A stretch of DNA of 45,237 nt, counting the filler, from Jimgerdemannia flammicorona (taxonomy: Eukaryota): the NCBI GenBank assembly GCA_003990765.1. It is 2 parts of 2 records of this genome, joined end to end, with 100 filler letters (N's around TTAATTAATTAA, not from the genome) between each part and the next. Parts side by side here need not be neighbours in the genome. Positions count along the whole stretch, not along the records: positions 22,671 to 45,237 come from RBNJ01001247.1; 1 more part is not named here. One strand, 5' to 3'. The position numbers were made by a program, and so were the translations under genes. Positions 24,146-37,357 of this stretch are shown piece after piece; the first letter of the stretch is position 1, and each line of letters starts with the position of its first letter. The notes beneath the pieces were generated by a model, which had not been told where the DNA came from, searched no databases, and worked only from the letters and a program-made list of their open reading frames with translations.

Positions 24146-25193
24146 CCCCTCCCATAAGCCTATTACTCAATACCATTATCTCACACTTATGCCAGTTGAG
24201 TTTCACCCCAGAGTATACCTCATACCATTCCACTATCTTCTTAAATATCTCTATGTCTGCTACTGATCTAAGGCCAACCACTATATCATCTGCAAAGGCC
24301 CCCACCTTCTACACCACACCATATATAGAGAGCCCTACTACCTTCTGATATATCCTGTCCATCAAAAGTTCCAATGAAAGGGCATAAAGGATAGGAGACA
24401 GCAGGTCTTTCTGAGGAACTCCTCTTCCAAAGGGAAATGCCAAATCTCAGTAACCATTACACATCAGTGCTACTCTACTACCCCCCAATAAATTCAATAT
24501 AGAAATCTAAAACTGTAAGGGTACATCAATTCTGTCCAGCACCTTGTCCAGCCACACCTGCTGAATATGGTTGTAGGCCTTCTCTTGATCCAAAAAGACC
24601 AGTCTACCATTCAGTCTACAAGCCTGGGCCCCTTCAATGATGCTATGCATCCAGACAGTCCTATCTCTGATAAGCCTGCCTCCTACAAAGCTCTGCTGCT
24701 CCTCACCCAGCACCTGCTGGGCAACCTTCTGTAGCCTCACAACAATCACCTTAGTCACCATCTTCCTGTCCATATCCAGAAGCATGATTAGCCTCCAGTT
24801 CTTCCAGTCCTCACACCTCCCCTTATCTTTATATAATAAGGCTACCAGCCCTAAATCCTACTCTCCAACCCACTTGCCTTTCAGAAGAACATGGTCACAG
24901 AGGGCAGCCATCTCTCCTAACACTCCAGGGACCTTTGTCATCTTCTTCCAGAAGTCTCAAGGTAACTCATCCTCCCCTGGTGCTGTCCCAAGCTTAGTTG
25001 CTGCAAGGACTCTCTGGATCTCCTCCTCTTGCACTGATAAGATCAAGTCACTCAGTCCCTCTACCTGTAGCAGCTTCCACTCCTCCAGTGTGTCTCCAAT
25101 TGCCTCTTCATCAGCACCCCCTTCCTCCTCACTCCACAGACCCCACTAACTCTCCTTCAAAACCCCCAAGATCTGCTGCATACCATGCACCAT

Positions 25194-25584
25194 TAGTACT
25201 CCCAAACAAGTTGAATCAATTTGAATCAAATCGAATTGAGGGTTAAACAAGTCGAATTGAATTGGGGATTTTTCAATTTGAATCAATTTGAATTGAATCA
25301 AAAGTCGAATCAAATTGAGGGTCTGATTTAAACCCTAATTTTCAAAATGCAATAACTCAGCGTAAACTCACCCAAATCTAATTTACTTTAGCTTGTTAGA
25401 ATCACATTAATACGGTGAATCTAACAAGCTAAAATATGTTAAATTTGGATGAGTTTTCATCGAGTTATTACATTTTGAAAATTAAGGTTCAAATCGAACT
25501 TCGAATTGAATTGGACCCTTGATTCAATTGAATTGAATTGAGTTTGGGCCAAATTCAATTCAATTCAATTCATTGAGAGCACTA
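25194..25584. mobile_element. hAT-type MITE, copy 1 (391 bp)
   Basis: 8-bp TSD TGCACCAT; TIR TAGT(A/G)CTC(C/T)CAA; GAAT(C/T)-type pentamer arrays; long internal palindrome. Confidence 0.93.
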
Positions 25585-28406
25585 TGCACCATAACCCCCT
25601 CAGCCCTCTCCTACTGATGTCTCACCCTCCTAGCTTTAAGGAGCCTAGACAAGTACTTAGTAGGCTACTCTCTCTCCTCCAGCCCCTGCCACCATAGTCT
25701 AGCAGCCATTCCTTTCATATGAATCTCCTCCTCCTCTTTCAATACCTATCATAGCTCTACTACCTCCAATTTTGCCCACTCTAACCTCCAATCCTCCACC
25801 TCTTCAGAAGAAAGCAAATCAGCCCATTCTATCTGCAATCTCAATAGCCTATTAGAAGCACACCATACATGCTTCCTTCTCTGTCTCCCAGCCTCCCTAC
25901 CAGCCCCTCTCCAATAGATCCTTGCAGCCTCCTTCAACTTTATCCAATAGATACTCACAGCCAAACCCTCATACCTCTATATAGGAATCTTCACCTAGAT
26001 ATCCTCCACTCATGAGTCTTACAACATCTTCTCAGCTAGTAGAGAGGAGTTAAGGTGCCAATGTCTGGGTCCATCTCCACTCCCCCCAAACTGCCCCTGC
26101 CCTAATAGCCCCCAGTGATCAGACCATGGGTACCATACCACTCTAAAGTCTTCCAAACATCAACACCCCAGCATTTGGCCATCAGAATCCAGTCAATCCT
26201 CATATCTAAGCCATCCACTCAATATATGTAGACCCTTATGTTGCCCCACTGTATTCTGCCTATATCTCCTAAGGAGCTAAGATTCTCTACCTCCTCCCAT
26301 GCATCCAGACCCCCACTCCTCCTACTTACATTTCTCTCTCCATTAGTTCTATCTAATTGTGGATCTCTAACTATATTAAAATCACCACCCAGAATATTGA
26401 CACCTTTCTCCAAGAGAATACTCCCCTCTAGCAGATCCCAAATCTATGTAATCCTCTCACTCCTAACTGCAGAGCAGTAGCAGGAGCCAACCCTCACTGG
26501 CTCTCACCCTGGCTGATGCCAGTCTCCCCAGACCAAGTGGTTACCCCAGTTCTTAACTCCACCCAAGTATCCTTTACCCTTCTTCACCAGAATCACCACT
26601 TTGCCAAACCAAGCAGTATCCCCTCCCCATTCTCTAGTCCACTCTACCTGATTGTCCTCATCCTCATACTATATATCCTGCAGTAAAAAGAGATCAGCCT
26701 CCAATTCTTTAAGCTAAGTAAAATGTTCCTACACTGCCCAGATCCCCTCAACCTATTCACATTCAGAGAGAAAATGTTAGTTGTACTATTCATAAGGAAT
26801 AATGTTGATGTTTGATCATAATCTCTACAAATCCACATTCAACTCCTCCTGTGCCAAGTCCAAATCATGCTCTATAGCCAGAGTCTTCTCTTCAGCTGCC
26901 TGTGCCTCCAATTCTACCAGAAGTTCAGCCAATGCCCTATTCTCTTTCTCCTTGAAGTCCTCATGATACTCCAGGCATGCCTCCTGCCAGAGTTGCAATC
27001 TATGCTGCTCTGTCCAACAGTAGGTAGCTAACTCACCAGCAATAACTGCCAGCTCAGCCTCTCTTACCTTATCAATCTCATATTCCTCCTCCTCTAGGAA
27101 AATCACAAGAATCTCTACCTTCAGTGCCTCCACCACTCTATTATCATGCAGAATCCACACCTAATACTTCTCCAGCATCACATACAGGTCTACTTCCCCA
27201 ACTCCTCAGCTATGAAGTTATCCATCATCTTGCTCATCCACAGCAGATTCCCCACCTCCTTCCCTCTCAGCATCCCCAGCCTCCCTGCATTGAGCATTAT
27301 GGTGTCAGCCCCTATACTGACAGTCTCATTCCACCCCTTCTCCAGGACATCCACCAGCTCATTCTTGCTAACTACAACCACCCAACTGCCTTTTGTCACA
27401 TCAGAAACTCCAAAGTGAACCCTCTGAGCACCCTCCATCAACACATCCTCCTCTACTTGACCCCTTGCAGCTGGATCCTATCTGATCAAAGAGAGAGTAT
27501 CCTCTATGACTGGGTCTCATACTTCAAATGTACCATCAGTGAATGAGTCCTTATGCAGTACCTTCTCAGCCCCTCTCATTCCCTCCTTTCTATTACTTCT
27601 ACTCTTATTAGTCCAGACACTCGCCTCTATACTCTTAGACTTCCTAGTACCCTCAGCCTTTATCTTTGTCCCTCCTTTCATACTTGCCAGCAGCTCCCAC
27701 TGTCTCTTATACCCTTGAGCCCTCTCCCACTGCCTCTTGTCAGTATGAATATGCTTCTCATCAATAATCTCTAGGTACATCAACTCCTTATATAGCTTCC
27801 AGGCCTTCAACCATTGCTTGACTGCATCACTAAACTCCTCTAGTATCTCCAACAAGTCCTCCTCCTCCTCTTCACTTCCCTTCACCCTCAATACCTTACA
27901 GACAAATGCCCCCCACATCAATACTGAGGGCCAGTCACTCATCTTCTCTATGGCCTCCCTCCCAGCCAGTCTAATCCTGATATCAACATCACCTGTTCTA
28001 AAGATAGTCTCCTCCTATATCTGGAAGCTGATATCCACTACATTACTATACTCTACCATTACCTCCTTCACCCTCCTCCTAGTCTCAGCCTTCATCACCA
28101 TAGGTACTCTCTTTACTAGCAACTGTACCACTCTGGGGTCCCATCTAAGGCAGTGCACCATAGAGACCACCACTTCTCCTATCACTACTCTAGTCTTCAG
28201 AGCCTCATCTAGCAGGCCCACCTCCTCAAAGTCCACCTCAACCCCCTCCAGCCCCTTCAGGAACTTTACTGAGGCTGCTCTAGCCACCTGCTATAAGATA
28301 AGCCCTAGGACCATCCTTGCCATCACTGCCAAGCCCCAGAAGCACAAGATAGCTGCAAACTCTGAAATCAACTTCTTGAGTAACAGTGCCACTACTAGCC
28401 CCATCA

Positions 28407-28535
28407 TTTTTTTTTTTTTATAGTCACTTGGACTCCCTTCCTTTATTAATACCCATCTATCCCATATAATTACAATGATCCCACCCCCTATCCAATCCCC
28501 CTAGGGGGGCCCCCCCCCTACCCCTTCCCTGTGAA
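28407..28535 (-). mobile_element. Short LINE 3' tail at a deletion junction
   Basis: Poly-T followed by TATAGTCACTTGGAC..TTTATT; joins truncated LINE ORF1 to a truncated LTR, with no TSD. Confidence 0.85.
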
Positions 28536-29663
28536 TTGAACCTTTAAGTATCTCTTTAAGCTACTTTAGGTCAACCAGAACTAGTCACTTCCTCATTTAG
28601 AAACTAGAACCATTACACTTGGTAGTAGTTGTTAAGTTACACCTAACCTTATCAAGACACCTCTCAAGATATCAGTTACAACACTATAGAGGATAATGAG
28701 TAAAATTCTTCATACAGTATCTATAGTCCAGACAATGTCTCTTATCATTAGCAAGAAGAAGAGGAACAGCCAATCTCCACTCAGTCAACTGGGTCCATTG
28801 AGAGTCTTTTGTAGACTGCATTAGCTCAGATTGCCTAACTTCAAGAACACATAGAAAGAAAGGAAAGCAAGGCTCCTGCCCATATCTCCATACCTCTACC
28901 AATATCAATACATCTGACAGTAGTCACTATCAAGCCCCAGAAGCCTGATACCTTTGACAGTCAAAGAGGAGGACTGTCCACTGATGCTTGGTTTTTCCAA
29001 TTGGAGCAATATGGAGAACTGACCAATTTGCTGCCACACTCCTCTGAGGGAATACTGTAATCTGGTGGTGAAATCATATCCAGAATACCAGATTCTCTGG
29101 TCAAATCAAGACCTAGAATGAATTCTCTGATGCTATTCAAGGCCACACAAGACCATCTGGTAAATATCAAACAACTCAAGTCTGTACAAGTATACAATGC
29201 ACAATTCCTATCAATCTTACTAGAATTACCACATGTCACTGAAGACAAGAAGATTGACAAGTACATCTGAGACCTAAAAGGTCAAACCCAAGTTTTTGTT
29301 GAACTAGAAGAACCCAAGGACCTAGATACAGCAATGAAGATTACTGATAGGTTTGATGTTATCACCTATAGTCACTGCTTTGAATAGAAGAGACTGCCTT
29401 TCAACAACAACAACCACAGAAGAGAGGAACCCAAAGTCAGAACTGTTGGACCTGCCCCCATAGACCTAGACACCATTGACAAGAACAAGAAAGGCAAGCT
29501 TACATCTGAGGAAAAGGAGTATCTCAAGAAGGCTAGAGTCTACTTCTTTTGCCATTAACCTGGTCATATTGTAACCAAATTTCCCAAGAAAACCACTGAA
29601 CCAAAGAGGATTCTGGTCCTGTCCAAAGACACTTAAGATCAACTAGTTGAACAAGAAGTTATA

Positions 29664-30075
29664 CTCAATTTCATATAAGTCAACCCCAAGGCCCAGATCT
29701 CTCAAGCACAGTCAGAAGGAGCCATTGGTTTAGACCTTCAAGTAGTACAATAAGTCACCATTCCTACACATGAAAGAAGACTCATTCCAACTAGCCTCTC
29801 AGTTGAAATCCCCAAGGAACATTATGCAAGAATTGTACCAAGATCTGGCCTCAGTTTCAAGCACTCATTGGATATTAGTACTGGAGTCATTGACCCTAAC
29901 TTTCAAGATGAAATGTAAGTCCTACTGGTCAACCACAAGAACCAACCTTATACCATCAATGAAGGTGACAGAATTGTACAGCTCATCTTGGAGCAAGCTA
30001 CTCTACCAGTCATCAAAGAAGTCACCAAGTTGTCTTCAACTAAGCAAGATCAGAAAGACTTTAGCAGTACTGACA
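29664..30075 (+). pseudogene. dUTPase domain between the gag zinc knuckle and protease
   Basis: Motifs AIGLDL, VPRSGL, GVIDPNFQDE, GDRIVQL, DFSSTD; in the same frame as the upstream knuckle and the downstream protease. Confidence 0.92.
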
Positions 30076-31746
30076 AAGTTGCAAGCATAGCCAAGAACTG
30101 AGTCAATTCAATACTCATCTTCAAAGATCTAGTCAAGGGACAAGAACTAGATGTTCTCATAGACAGTAGAGCTGTTGGAAACTTCATCAAACAAGAACCT
30201 CATTAATAAGCTCAAGATTCTCACCAAACTAGCTAGCAAGAATGGTAGAGTTGTCACTGCAGATGGCACCACCTTACCAATCGACTCAATTGCTGCTAAA
30301 CTTCCCCTCAAGATCCAGAAGTACTGGGAATATTTAGATTTTGAGGTAGCACCACTAGGAGACCATGATCTGATTCTAGGCAAACCCTGGCTTACATGAT
30401 ACAACTCTCAGATTAATTGGATCAAGAATGAAGTCACCTTGATTCAGGATAGAGCCAACATTACCATCAAGCCAGACAAGACTCAGATGAGAATCCCAAT
30501 TGCTACCCTTTCAGCAATTCAGTTCAAGAAGGCTCTCAAGAAAGCTATCTGTGCCTTTATGGTACTGATCTGCCCAAAGAAAGAAGACAAGAAGCTATCA
30601 ATTAGTGAAAGCATTACATTACTGCTGAATAAGTACAAGAATGTCTTTCTGGACAAACTATCTGGTCTACCACCTTCAAGAGATCATGACCATAAAATCA
30701 AGTTGGTACCTGATATAGCCATACCCAAGAAGAAAATGTACTACATGTTCCTACTCAAAATTGAAGCAGTTAAGAAGAAACTCAATAAACTTATTGAGCA
30801 AGAAGCCATTCAGCCAAGCAAGTCACCCTTTGGCTCCCCAGTCCTATTTGTTAAGAAAAAGGATGACACTCTGCAAATGTGTATAGACTACCAAGCACTC
30901 AACAAGATAACAGTCAAGAACCATTATCTATTACTGCTCATAGATCAAATCTTTGATGCCCTCAAGAATGCAAAGTACTTCACTGAGATTGATCTCACCT
31001 CTTGGTATCACCTAATTCAAATCAAGTCAGAAGATATACCCAAGACTGTCTTCATGACCCCCTTTGGACTCTATGAATTCCTAGTCATGGCCTTTGGTCT
31101 CACTAATGTGCCAGCAACCTTTCAAGACCTCATGCAAACTATTTTCAAGGATCAGCTCTATATCTTTGTACTTGTATATATTGATGACATTCTGATCTTC
31201 AGTAGTACTGAAGAAGAATACCTCAAGTACATCAAACAAGTCCTCAAGATCCTCTGCAAGAACAAGCTCTATGCAAAGCTCAAGAAATGTGAATTTTTCA
31301 AAGATCAAGTCAAATATCTTGGATACATTGTATCAGCTAAAGGAATTCAAGTAGACTCAAGGAAAATACAAGCCATTGAACAGTGGTCTATACCAGCAAA
31401 CCTCACTGAACTCAGGTCCTTTCTTGATCTGGCTGGATACTACCATCGATTTATCAAGAACTTCTCTAGTATTGCAGAATCTTTGACAAACCTCCTGTGA
31501 AAGAAACCCAACTCTGACCTCTGACCTCTATGTCCCCTACATCTGGGATGCTTTCTGTCAACAAGTCTTTCAAGAACTCAAGAACTGCCTAACCCATACA
31601 TCTGTCCTTAGAAACATGGATCTAAACTTGAAGTTTATGGTCACTACAGATATATCTAACTTTGTCAAGATTATTAGCATCTTTCACCAGTAACATTTGG
31701 GTGACACAAGACTCAGACAACACTTTTACAACGTTTTTGGTGTCCG

Positions 31747-33663
31747 ATGACTAACAACATGGATGGCAATGATCGAACTGGTGAGCATACTGGCCAGGGG
31801 GGTGATGGTGCCTTTGGCTGGCAATAGGTAGGGAGGAGGGGAGATGGTTTGGGGATACCAGGGGCCTCGATGGCTAGCCGAGGCCTGGGTGGCGGAGGAA
31901 GGGGCAGTCTGAGGCAGAGAGGAGGGGAGAGGTTGACCTTTGCTGACAAGGTCAGAATGGGGAAGATGGCTTCTGGGCTAGATGGCTGGCTGGGACTGGG
32001 GAAGGCGTCGATGGCTACTGCTGGGGGTCAGGGAGGTGCAACCCGGGATACCTCTGGTGGTAGAGAAGGGACTGGAGTAGGGGCTGGAGATGTGACTATT
32101 GATGGGGCTGTGACTGGGGATCTGGCAAAAAATCCAGATGTGACGGCGGTTGGCAATTCGGGACTTGGAGTGGGTACGAGGCCTGGGGACCTGGCTGATG
32201 GGGTGACGGGCATGGTGTCAGCCCTGTTACTCAAGAAGTCAAGGTCAGAATTCGCAGTCATGATGTGCTTCCGGGGCTTGGCAGTGACAGCGAGGATGAT
32301 TTTGGGGCTGGTGGCACAGGAGGCTAAGGGAGCAGCATCGGTAAAGTTCTTGAGGGGGAAGGAAGGGGTTGAGGTGGAAGATGCCTTGTTGGCAGCCATG
32401 AAGAAGGGGGTGATGGTGGGCGGAGTTGTGGTTCCTATGGCCCGGTGCATGCGCTGGGACCCCCGAGTGGTGCAGTTGATGGTGTTGGACCTCCCGACTG
32501 TGTCGAAGGAAAGAACCAGGGAGTTGGTTGTAGAGGCAGTCAAGGAGTATGGGGAGATTGTGGATGTTGGGTTCAAGGTCTGGGAGGGCACGGAGCTCCG
32601 AACTGGCGATGTTGATGTCAGGGTGCAGCTGGCTGGGAAGGAGAATACAGGGAAGTCGAGGGACTGGCCAGCAGCGCTGAGGTGGGGACCAGTGGAGTGT
32701 AAGGTCACCAGGGTGAAGGGGACTCCAGAGGAGGAGGAGGACCTGTTGGAGGCACTGGAGGACCTGGAAGGGGCAGTGGCAAGGAGGAGATTGGCCTGGC
32801 AGGAGTTTGAGGCCAGGATGGTGGTGGGGGAGGTAGATGGGAAAAGGATCTGGATGGAGAAGGGGGCATATGAAAAGATGCAGGGAAGGAGGATCCAGAA
32901 GGAGCTGTTGGTGAAGCTGAGTGGGGGTGGGGCTGGTGGAAGCTCAGGAGAGGGGGTTGCAGGGTCACGGGAGAGCACCTGGGCTGAGGGGGGAGAGATG
33001 GCCCAGGGCAGAGTTCGGATCGGAGGTGAGGAGGGGAGGGAGGGCTATTTGGAGGTGGATGCCGAAATGGGTGAGGGTGTGCACTCTCAGTATAGTGTTC
33101 CAGATGGGGCAGAGGGAGAGGAGGAGCTGATGGATGTGCCAGATGAGGAGTGGGATGAGTCAGTGAGAAGGAGCATACTGTTGGACCCTGAGGTGAATGG
33201 AGGACAAATTGCTCAGGGGGCGGTAGAGGCAGTGGATGAGGAGAAGTAGATGTGGAAGACCTTGGAAGGGGTAGTGGCTGAAGAGCTGGGGGGTGAGGAC
33301 TTCAGGGTGTTGGAGGAGAAGCATTGGGAGGAGATCCTATGGGGGGAGGAGGTGCCAAGGAAGATGAGGAATGAGATCCTGGCAGTTCTCCTGGAGTCGG
33401 TTGAGTATCAGGTTGATGATCAAAGAGAGGAGGAACTTAGGAGGATTGTGAGTGACAGAGCGACTTTCTTGTGGAATTCGAGGAAGGGACTGGAGAAGTG
33501 GCATACTGTCTGCTTAGACTATAGGACTGATATGGAGGAAGTGGACAGGGTGGAATGTCAGGAAATCTTGGGAGCACTGAATGCTCAGGATAATGCAGAG
33601 GGTGAATTGGAAGCTGAGCAGCACTTGGATCTGGCGGGAGATGGGATGAGCATGGAATTATAG
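31747..33663 (+). pseudogene. LINE ORF1 (RRM-like core, acidic C-terminus), two premature TAG stops
   Basis: ATG at 31747 is in frame with ORFs 31849-33249 and 33250-33663; TFADKV and YGEIVDV motifs typical of ORF1 proteins. Confidence 0.85.
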
Positions 33664-33694
33664 GTTGGGGTCTCTATTGTAACATTTCTTCAAT

Positions 33695-36600
33695 ATGAAC
33701 AGTACAACTAGGATTTTCTCATTGAATATTAATGGGCTATGGGGGTCGGCTAGGAGGAAGTATATATTTGGTTGGCTTAAGGGACTGAATGCAGACCTGT
33801 TCTTACTGCAGGATGTTTGTTATGAGGTAGATGTGGACTTACAGGATTGGACTAAGGAATGGGGGGGCACAGCAGTTTGGAGGGGGAAGGTGTGTATTCT
33901 CGTTCGGAAAGGGATGGGGGACATTGGGAATATTGGACATTGGGGGTCTCAAGTGGTGTGGGGAGTGTGGAAGAGGCCTGGATGGGGCCCGCTGATGGTC
34001 GGGTCCTGTTACTGCCCAGCTGAGAGAGGGGAGAGGGTGGAATGGATCTGTGGATTGAAAGAGGCTGGTGTGCTGGGAGAAGTTGGGTTAGACTGTATGG
34101 GGGGTGACTTCAACATGGTACGAGATAAGGAGTTGGACAGAACTGATAGAGGGAGAGGAGTGCGAAGTGAAAGTGGTGGGTTGGGTGACTGATTGGAGAT
34201 GGAGAGGTTGTGTTCTCTAGTAGACTTGGGAAGACATTTTTGGGCTGATTGGTGGAGGTACACCCACTGGGCGGCAGGACTGGGCTCCAGGATTGACTGG
34301 GTGCTAATGGCAGAGTGTTGGGGAATGGATGTCTGGTCGGCACTGGAAGTCATATGGTGTCCATGGTCTGATCACTGGGGGCTGCTTGGAGGGGGGAGGT
34401 TTGGGGGTAATGAGGATGGGCCTGGATATTGGCAACTAAATTCTTCTCTGTTGGAGGATAAGGTGTTGTGGGAGGGATGGGAATCAGAGGTGGTTGGAAA
34501 TATAGGCAGGTGGCGGGAACAAGGACTGGAGATTGGAGACCACTGGAGAAGGCTAAAGGTGAAGGCTCAGGAGTATTGGAGGGAAGCTGAGAAAGGGAAG
34601 TGTGCCCAGTGAAGGCAGCGGGTGCTGTGGGCCTCGCGGCATCTGGCAGCACTCATGGGGAGATGGGCAGGTGTGCTGGAGAATGGGGCCATGACTGATT
34701 GGCATACTGCGAGGATCTGGCAGGAGGTGGAGAAGCTCAAAGGGATACTATGTAGAGAGGAGGAGGAGCAGTTACAGGGAATGGTGGCCCACCTGCGGTG
34801 GCAGGGGCTTGAAGAGGGGGAGAGGCCTATCAGATTCTTGTCACAGTTATTACAAGCATGACGAACAAGGCAGCAGTGGGAGGGGGTGTTGGATGAGAAT
34901 GGCGAGCTGGTGGTGGAGACTCCGGTGATTCTGGACCTACTGCGAACCCGGTAGGGGAATCTTTGGAGTGAGGAGGATGGAGGATTGGATGCCCTAAACA
35001 TTGAAAGACAGCTGGGGAATTGGTACCCGGACCCTGTGATGGGACTTGGGGCATTGGGGGACCTGGTGAGTGGTGAGGAGATTTGCAGAGTTGTGGCCTC
35101 AACAAGTAAGGGAATAGCTCCGAGAGAGGATGGGCTTCCCTGGGATTTTTGGCAGAAGATGACTGGGGTGGGTGAGGTGCTAGAGGAAATGATGGCTATG
35201 TGTGATGGGGTTCTTCGGTCTGGTGCCTGGATTGGGGGACAGTGCTTAGGGCTGGTCTCTTTGCTCTTTAAGGACAAGGGTAGGCAAGAGGACTGGAGGA
35301 ACTGGTGGCCAATTATGCTTCTTGACATGGACTGCAAATTGGTGACAAAAATCTTGGTGATGAGGTTGCAAGGCATCGCTCAGCAGGTTCTTGGTGAGGA
35401 ACAATGTGGGTTTGTCGGTGGTCGGTTGATTCGAGATGGGACAGCCTGGGTTCATGGAGTGATTGAAGGTGCCTGGGTGACTGGAGTGGATGGCAGATTG
35501 GTGTTTCTGGACCAAGAGAAGGCTTATGATAGAGTGCAGAGAATATGGCTGGAAGGAGTGCTGAAGCAGATTGACATCCCGCCAGGGGTCTGAAGATCAT
35601 TAATCAGCCTCTTGGAGGACAGTCAGGTGGTATTGATCATCAATGGCCACCGGGGGGTGACCTTCCCCCTGGGCCGTGGAGTACTACAAGGGGACTCCTT
35701 GTCGCCAATATTGTATGCTCTTTCCCTGGAGCCACTACTGGACAGGATTCGGCGCAAGATTGGAGGCTTGGACATCTTAGGGGTGAACTGGAAGGTGGGG
35801 GCCTTTGCTGATGATATGGTGGTCGGGCTGGGCTCCTTGGGAGATGTGGGAGAGTTGCAGAGGACTGTGGAATGGTACAAGCAGGGTTCTGGTGCTAAAC
35901 TGAACTGGCACAAATGTGAGACACTGGTGCTGGGTGCTGGGATTATTGGTGGCAATGTTATTGGGATGGTGGTACTGGCAGGTGAACCAGTGCGCTACTT
36001 GGGGATCTACTTCTCGGTGTTTGGATCTCTTCTTCCCTGGGCATAGTGGGACCATAAACTTCTGGAGTGGGGTAATGTCTTGCTGAGATGGAGAGGCCGG
36101 CATATGTCCCTTGCTGGAAGGATGATGGTGTTGAATGTGTACTGGATGCCGAAGCTGTGGTATGTTGGATATCATTTGGATTTCCCATCCTGGGTAGTTA
36201 AGGCATTGTTGAAGATGGCGAGGTCATGGATCTGGGGAGGGCAGCGAAGCCAGGTTGGTTGGGAGGTGCTCACACTGCCCTTGGAAAGAGGTGGGCTGGG
36301 CTTAGTGGACTTTACTAAGCGACTTCTATGTCTGAGAGTCTGGTGGCTGCGGAGGGCGAGCGAGCTCAGGGGGCGGGAGTGGGTGCCACTCATGCAGAGG
36401 TTGTGGGAGGTTCGGTACTCCCCATGTGGTGGCTCCGGTGATCTGCTTGCGATGGTGGCCATGGATGAGAGCAGGAAGATGTGGTTTACTGGCTTTTGGT
36501 GGGGAGTGGTAGATGGTGCTAAGAAGATTGGACTTCAGTGGCGAGGTGATGAAGCTGAGGAGGTTTGGGGACCATGGATGTGGCAGTGAGACAGGCTTCT

Positions 36601-37357
36601 ATTGGGTGGGGTCCTGGTGGAGGACTTTCAGCTTGGCGAGAGCTTGGAGTATCTGCAAGGCCTAGGTGGGGACCTGTGGCCAGAAGCCTGGCAGAGAGTT
36701 GGAATTGGAGAGGGGTGGGACTGGAATGGACTCTGGCATTGGAGCAAACAGGTGCAGCAGTGGCTGCCCCCCAAGTTCTGGGTGGTGTGGTGGCAAGTCC
36801 TATGGCAGAATATGATATTGAACTATTGGTCTGGACACTTGGTGGATGGTGGGGTGTTTGAGTGTGAGGACTGTTTCAATGTTGGTCAGGAGGGAGGAGT
36901 GATACAAACGCCTGAACATTGGCTTGGTGAATGCAAGGTTTTGGGGGAGTTTTGGAGAAGTATTGTGGACAGGGTAGGGCCAGGTGCTAGGGAAGGAGAG
37001 GAAGGGGGACGATGGGGAGTGCTCCGCCGGCGACTGGTGGGTGGGGTTGGGGATGAATGGCTGACCCTTAGTTAGGCTTTGGCTATGTGGATTGGACTAG
37101 CTGGGCATTGGGTTTATGTATTTGAGGAAGGGCACCGGGTCGGGGTTGGTGACAAGATGGCCTAGTGGGAATGGTTGATGTTGGATATTTTGAATAGCTG
37201 GTGGCAGGGTTGGGGGATAGGTGGGGGGTACCACAGGGGTCTGGTGTAGCGTATTGCCCAGAAGAGTGGTGGGAGGGTGCAGGTAGTGGGTAACTGGGTG
37301 GTGCTCAGGCAGGGGGAGGATGAGGGGGGGGGTTTGGGCCCCTGGGGCATTGGTTGA
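33695..37357 (+). pseudogene. LINE ORF2 (APE endonuclease, RT, C-terminal Cys/His motif), 10 premature stops, no frameshift
   Basis: SLNINGL, LLQD, GGDFN, SRIDW, SDH (APE); DQEKAYDRV, GVLQGDSLSP, FADD (RT); CEDC..HWLGEC. All ORF pieces share one frame; the true stop position is approximate. Confidence 0.92.

Larger units (their letters stand above)
22671..28406 (-). mobile_element. Decayed L1/Tx1-like LINE (most of ORF1 and ORF2)
   Basis: ORF2 start MNSTTNIFSLN at 26793; GGDFN (APE), FLDQEKAY and GAFADD (RT); ORF1 pieces (RWDPRVVQL, EEEEEDLLE) match 31849-33663. Confidence 0.95.

Noticed and set aside
25210..25575. CRISPR-like or telomeric repeats (GAATT/GAATC arrays, AAACCCTAA)
   Set aside because: No repeat-spacer periodicity, and only one telomere-like unit; these are MITE subterminal repeats.
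32028..35376. Long minus-strand Ser/Pro/Thr-rich ORFs (316 aa, 269 aa)
   Set aside because: Antisense shadows of the G-rich LINE ORFs.
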